A stretch of DNA of 64,000 nucleotides from Macrostomum hystrix. Its lineage: Eukaryota > Animalia > Platyhelminthes. The notes under the pieces are model-generated. The model did no database searches. It was not told the origin of the DNA and was given only the letters and a program-made list of their open reading frames with translations. The position numbers and the translations under genes are program-made. Positions 59,156 to 64,000 of this stretch are shown one piece after another. The number at the start of each line of letters is the position of its first letter. Positions within the stretch are counted from its first letter, which is position 1. Where the stretch lies: NCBI GenBank assembly GCA_950097015.1, contig CATNEN010000025.1, positions 2,790,001 through 2,854,000 of the forward strand. Direction: 5' to 3'.

Positions 59156-61492
59156 AATGAATGTGATTAAGCTTTTAAAGTGATTAGAGGGCTTAAAGTA
59201 CATTCCATTTTTCAGACTACTTCGCAGTTAAAACAAGAATACTTTAAACCAAATTTAACTAATTTAAAATTTCTTGCTTTTTTACGGAAAATATTACGAG
59301 CTCGCAAGAAATAAACGTGTTTATTAATTTCTAAATCATGCAAGACTAATAAACTTTTACTACAATGAGAATTTCTAATTTCAGTTTGCTAACTAATTCT
59401 GATTCAGGCATGGCTTGTGCCTGACACACTAATCTGACCTTGAGGGATTGTCAACAATTTTATGACTGTCCTTATGGAAATAAATGTGCGAGGAAAAGAG
59501 CAGAAAAAATCAACTGGCATACAGGAGGAATTCTTTGAGGCCATCAAAAATCACCCCGTAAGGAACCGGAAACGCGTTATCCCACGTATGTGCTATATCC
59601 GCTTCAGCTATCACTGTGGTCCAGATTATTATAGGCGATTTTCAATGCTTAAAAGGTGTGTTATCTGAACTGCTGAATGCATTTTAAAACTGTACTTTAG
59701 CGAATTTTTATGCATCCACTAAAGCTATTTCTAAAAAATAGATTTATTGAAGTGCAAAAATGTTTCATCTCCACAAAAAGCAGGAAAATTTGAAATTTAA
59801 ATTAGAATCTGAAAATTTACAGATTTCCATTTTGCGCCTCACCAAATTAAAAAAACTAAAAATTCTTTAATTTTTCAGAGAGATTTCAGAAATGCGTTAA
59901 AAAAAGAAACATTTATTGTTGCTGCTGTGACGAAAATTAATTAGCTTAAGAATATTCAAAGCGGCTTTGAATTTAAAGCATATCAGCGGTCCTAGCAAAG
60001 TCAAAGATGTAGGAAAATAGAATTCCCATTGTCATATTCAAAGAAAAAGGACTTTCCACAAGAGAACTTCTGAGAAGAGAGGGTTTCTGAGAAAACAGTA
60101 ATCAAGAAAGTTATCTTCTGTAAAAATTGAATTTCAAATGAGAATGAAGCGTTATGAAAAATTATTAGAAAAATTTCTTAGAACACTCCGTTTCTAAGAA
60201 AATATGCCTCAGTAAGGCGAAAAGCCTTTTTGTTTTAGAGATGGAATGGAATTTTCGCCAAAACCCCCGCCATTAAATGCGGTTTCTAAGAAAATGAGCT
60301 TTCTAGCAAAGCTTAATTCGTGCTAAAATTTAGTTTATGAGAAAATAAAGTTCCTGAGAAAGCAGTGTTTCTGAGGAAAAAAATAGACTTCAGATAAAAT
60401 ATGAATTAAAAAATCTAATTTGAGGGAAAATTATGTCCAACCATAGGATCTGCTAAATTTGCATGCGTATTATTGATAATTTGCAAGTACAAAACATTTT
60501 TTGACGTCTTGCCGAAACAAAGAAATTCTACTAAATTTCGCCTCGCCTCGCTAATGAGAATCAAACGGTGCTATTTTTCTGTACGAGAAGTTCTGAGGAT
60601 CTTCTAAAATTAACCGCCCAATTATCTGTGAGCCCGTGATGAACCGAAATAAAAGGTGCTGCTACACAAGGTGAGACAAAAATAGAAGCCGGATGTCGTA
60701 TGACCGATCACGTACGAATCGATCATTGCGAATTCAATAAAGGAAACACAAAATTCTGAGGTAAAATTTCGCGAAAATGGGAGACGCCAAAATGTAGGAG
60801 AAAAGCTGAGCCCTATAAATAAAGACCTCGACATTGTCTCAGCCTCTGAGATGAAGGCTGAACAATGAAGGTCTTCGTGCTCTTATTTTTGCTGCCTTGA
60901 CTGTTGCCTTCTTCATTGTCTTTCGGAAGATCACAATTATTTGATTATTGAGTTCACATCAAAGTCAAAGCCTTACACGCCCATTGGCTAATGGCTTGCT
61001 GTAAGGGGATCTATGGGATAAAACTAGCTCCCTATAATCTGTGCTGTACGTTTAATAGACAGCCAAGTCTATTTTATTGCTATGCTGCAAATGAAAAGCT
61101 TCCTTTGGTCTAAATGTATTAATTTAATCTCATGGCTTAGATGGCACTAAACAACCATACCCCCAGGCACGAAAGCAGACAGAAATTGCGATACGGCAGA
61201 CAACGAGCACGAAATCGGGACTGTCTTTGGCCCAGACAGGATATATATAGTATTATGGGTAAGCTGGCTGTGTTACAACGCGGTTGAAACGCCATACATT
61301 TGTCCGCCGTCACTGTCTATAGTTGAAGCATATTTGAATTATATTCAATTCATCACTTATAGCCACTGTATATTTCACTGCCAACAAACACAAGACCAAA
61401 CACAACAGGAATGAAACACGAAGTAAACGAAATAATTCAGTAAATAACGCTTGGAAGCTCAAAATGATATTTGGCTGGAGAGATCATCAATA

Positions 61493-62802
61493 TAGCATTT
61501 TGCGGTCTAGTTGGGACAGCGGGCTTTTAAATTGGACACAGAGTTGTCTGCTGCTCCAAGCAGCGACTGCTGTCTATGGCCTACTCTCAAAGACACACAC
61601 GGGCTTTTAAATTAGACAGCGGGAACACATTTAGACACTAAGGCGTAGATTTAAATAGTCATGTATTTCAGTGCAATTCGTTGATACGCTCGGAATAAAA
61701 TGGAGTACATTTTTCGTGCATTCTCAAGAAGTTCACGCCAACAGAAACGTCTTTACAAATCATGAAGCAACCTAACACAACGATTATTTAGAATTTTGTT
61801 TACAGTCATCCACTCATCCTGATAATGTTCACATTGGCCAGGCACTGAGGGATGTAGCGCAGGGTGTGCTGAACATTTGTACGCGCTCGCGGTTCACATT
61901 GCCGATCTCCAGGCTGTAATCCACCAGGCCAGTTGATGGCGACGTAGCTAGAATGAGGTTGACAGATGGGCTCTTATGGGTGTGAACGTTCCTTCGAACT
62001 CGTGTTCCACGAACACTTCTGCCGAAGCCGCGTCGAGTCCAGACTCCGTAGCCTGATTTATCGAGGTGCACCAGCTCGACGAACGGTGGTAGGTTGACCA
62101 ACCATTCAGCGAAATCCTGCCTCTTTGCTTTGTTCTCTTCTGTGTTTCATGCCTCGGGAACGTCACCTTCCCTCGAAGGACACTTCATGGTGAAAAGATG
62201 TCCATCCAATGATCGTGATATCGTTGAAAGGTCGACACTCTCCAGGGTACCATGAAACTCAGCCAGCAGGGCAGTGCACAGCTGCTGCAACGTGAGAAAC
62301 GGGTTGTCCTCCACCGCAGCTAGCAGAAAGTCATTCATAGGCTCGGTGAGCTTTCGATTCTTGGTTCCACCCCTGGGCAGTGCATGGCGTCTCCCTTCCA
62401 AATCAAAGGCGTGGCAGATGTTGTACACGGAGGTTCGCTTGATGTCCAGCATTCGAGAAATTTCGCTCACTGGCTCACCTCTTTGCCAGGCTTGAATAAC
62501 GAGGTCTCTTTTTTCTCGAGTTATTTTAGCGTACGCAGGATTCTCCATTCTGAGTCTCTTGATTACGAACAGTAAAATGGTGTCAACATGTTTGCGCAGC
62601 CAAATTTAAAAGCCTGTTTGTGTTTCTTGGATATAGCCATAGACAAGTGTTTGAATGTCTAAATTGAAAGCCCGCTTGTCTAATTAAAAAACCCGGGTGT
62701 GTCTTTCAGAGTTGGCCATAGACAACAGTCGCTGGTTGGAGCAGCAGACAACTCAGTGTCCAATTTAAAAGCCTGCTGTCCCAACTAGACCGCAAAATGC
62801 TA
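61493..62802 (-). mobile_element. Tc1/IS630-type DNA transposon, ~1.31 kb, defective
   Basis: ~150-bp imperfect TIRs starting TAGCATTTTGCGGTCTAGTTGGGACAGC, flanked by TA. Transposase from 62548 to 61829 has paired HTH regions and an LVHLDKSG first-Asp motif, an in-frame TGA at 62149-62147 and a lost C-terminus. Confidence 0.88.
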
Positions 62803-62830
62803 TAGTTACCTCAATAGTTACATCTGTCAG

Positions 62831-64000
62831 TTAGCGTGGTGTAATGTTGAATGTGCAATTCTCAAATTTGCAGTTCTCAAAAACGCTCGCCTGGTTGGCA
62901 CCAATCGATACGCCCTGGTTAGCTACAATTGACCCAGGCATGCCCAACGCAGTCGTATTTTGTTGCAGTACGATGCATCCAGCAGTCGAACTTGTTCCCG
63001 CGTTGCTGGCGCTCTGACCAGCCGATTCCAGGGTTTGTTCCGCAGTGCCAGAGAGTCGCCCACTGATTGCTCGGGATAGGTTGACTTTTTTGGAGAACTT
63101 CAATCTCTTGTTGTAATGTTCAACGCTCTCCGTTCGTTTGTGACCGGTCACGGCTTGAATCTCGGAAACGCTGACGCCATCCTCCATCAAGTTGGTTACA
63201 ACGGAGGCGCGTATGCAATGATTGGTGTGCGCACGATTGCTCAGTCCCGCCAGCTCACACAATTTCTTCATGAACTCATTAAGCCAGTGTTTGCCGAGTA
63301 CAAAGCTCTTTTGATACCAGAAACCTTCCATGGAAAACCCTCGTTCCAGCGGTTTAGGCCACAGACAACCGACGTCATCAGGTATTTTTGCCAGGTACAT
63401 CTCCATCGCACGAACCGGATACGTATTCGGATCAGTCGGCGTTTCGGCCAAAATGGTCGACTTTCGTGTGGTTGGGTCGTCCGCCGTTACTGTCTTCTCC
63501 ACGGCATCCTTCACCAAGTCGATATATCGAACTCCATCGCATTCGTCAATGCTCACGTTGGCCTTCGTCAATCCCCTCAGCCACTCACAGCCCCTGAAGC
63601 CGAATCCATACACGATTTTAAACAGAACCTCGAATTGTAGACGCGTCGGTGTCGTACGGTCGAAATACACACGCAGCCGATGGAAGTCAGAGTCATCAAT
63701 TGGACAGTACGTAGACGCATTGGCAATAGACGTTTTCTCCCTCAGAGCCGTCATCAGGCATGCCTTGTACGTCCATTCAAACGAAAAAAATTCGGTGTTA
63801 CCTAATTCGCACGTTCCTTGTCTCCAGCACGTACGGATGAACAGACGCCCTGAAGCACACCAGACTTCGGACAGCGTATGGCACGCCTTCCTGAGTCCTC
63901 AGTGACACAAACCACAGCCGCATAGGCACAAAGATAGCGGATCGGCATTGTTTCGATGTTGTCCGGCAGTTTCTGGTCCACCAGATATTTTTTGAAGCGC
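62831..64000 (-). mobile_element. Crypton-type tyrosine recombinase (DUF3504-like), 5' part frameshifted and cut by the window end
   Basis: ORF 62831..63754 has catalytic GFRG, NHCIR, TGH and EHY residues and an FENCTFN tail; the upstream homologous sequence (FKKYL..., LRTQEGVPY..SL) lies in other frames. Confidence 0.85.

Noticed and set aside
63116-63905. Plus-strand ORFs of 174 and 191 aa
   Set aside because: Antisense shadows of the Crypton recombinase ORF.

Overview
Eukaryotic (animal) genomic DNA with GT-AG spliced genes whose introns and intergenic spaces are filled with many unrelated 12-45 bp minisatellites. This resembles a Macrostomum-type flatworm genome (inference, not verified). 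Exons were joined by hand with consistent phases. Minus strand: the first exon of a RIM/rabphilin-type Zn-finger gene (6192-6584); a 6-exon, 580-aa 4-coumarate-CoA-ligase/luciferase-like acyl-CoA synthetase (12711-18155); a 10-exon, ~2106-aa protein fusing a eukaryotic RNA-dependent RNA polymerase (DLDGD intact) to a Upf1/Hrr1/ZNFX1-like SF1 helicase with an RGG-repeat tail (21420-33058); and a 3-exon B-box/coiled-coil/beta-propeller TRIM-like gene (39283-42667). Plus strand: a class A GPCR-like gene (54493-58201). Mobile DNA: a full-length mariner with an inverted internal segment, a piggyBac fossil, a Tc1/IS630-type element with long IR-DR ends, a Crypton tyrosine recombinase, and two tRNA-derived SINE families. 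Highlights: the RdRP-helicase-RGG fusion (with an apparent ~160-aa deletion in the polymerase core and degenerate helicase motifs); tandem repeats that straddle 5' splice sites in three genes, one with the signature of intron birth by exon duplication; and a clean 182-bp inversion inside the mariner transposase.
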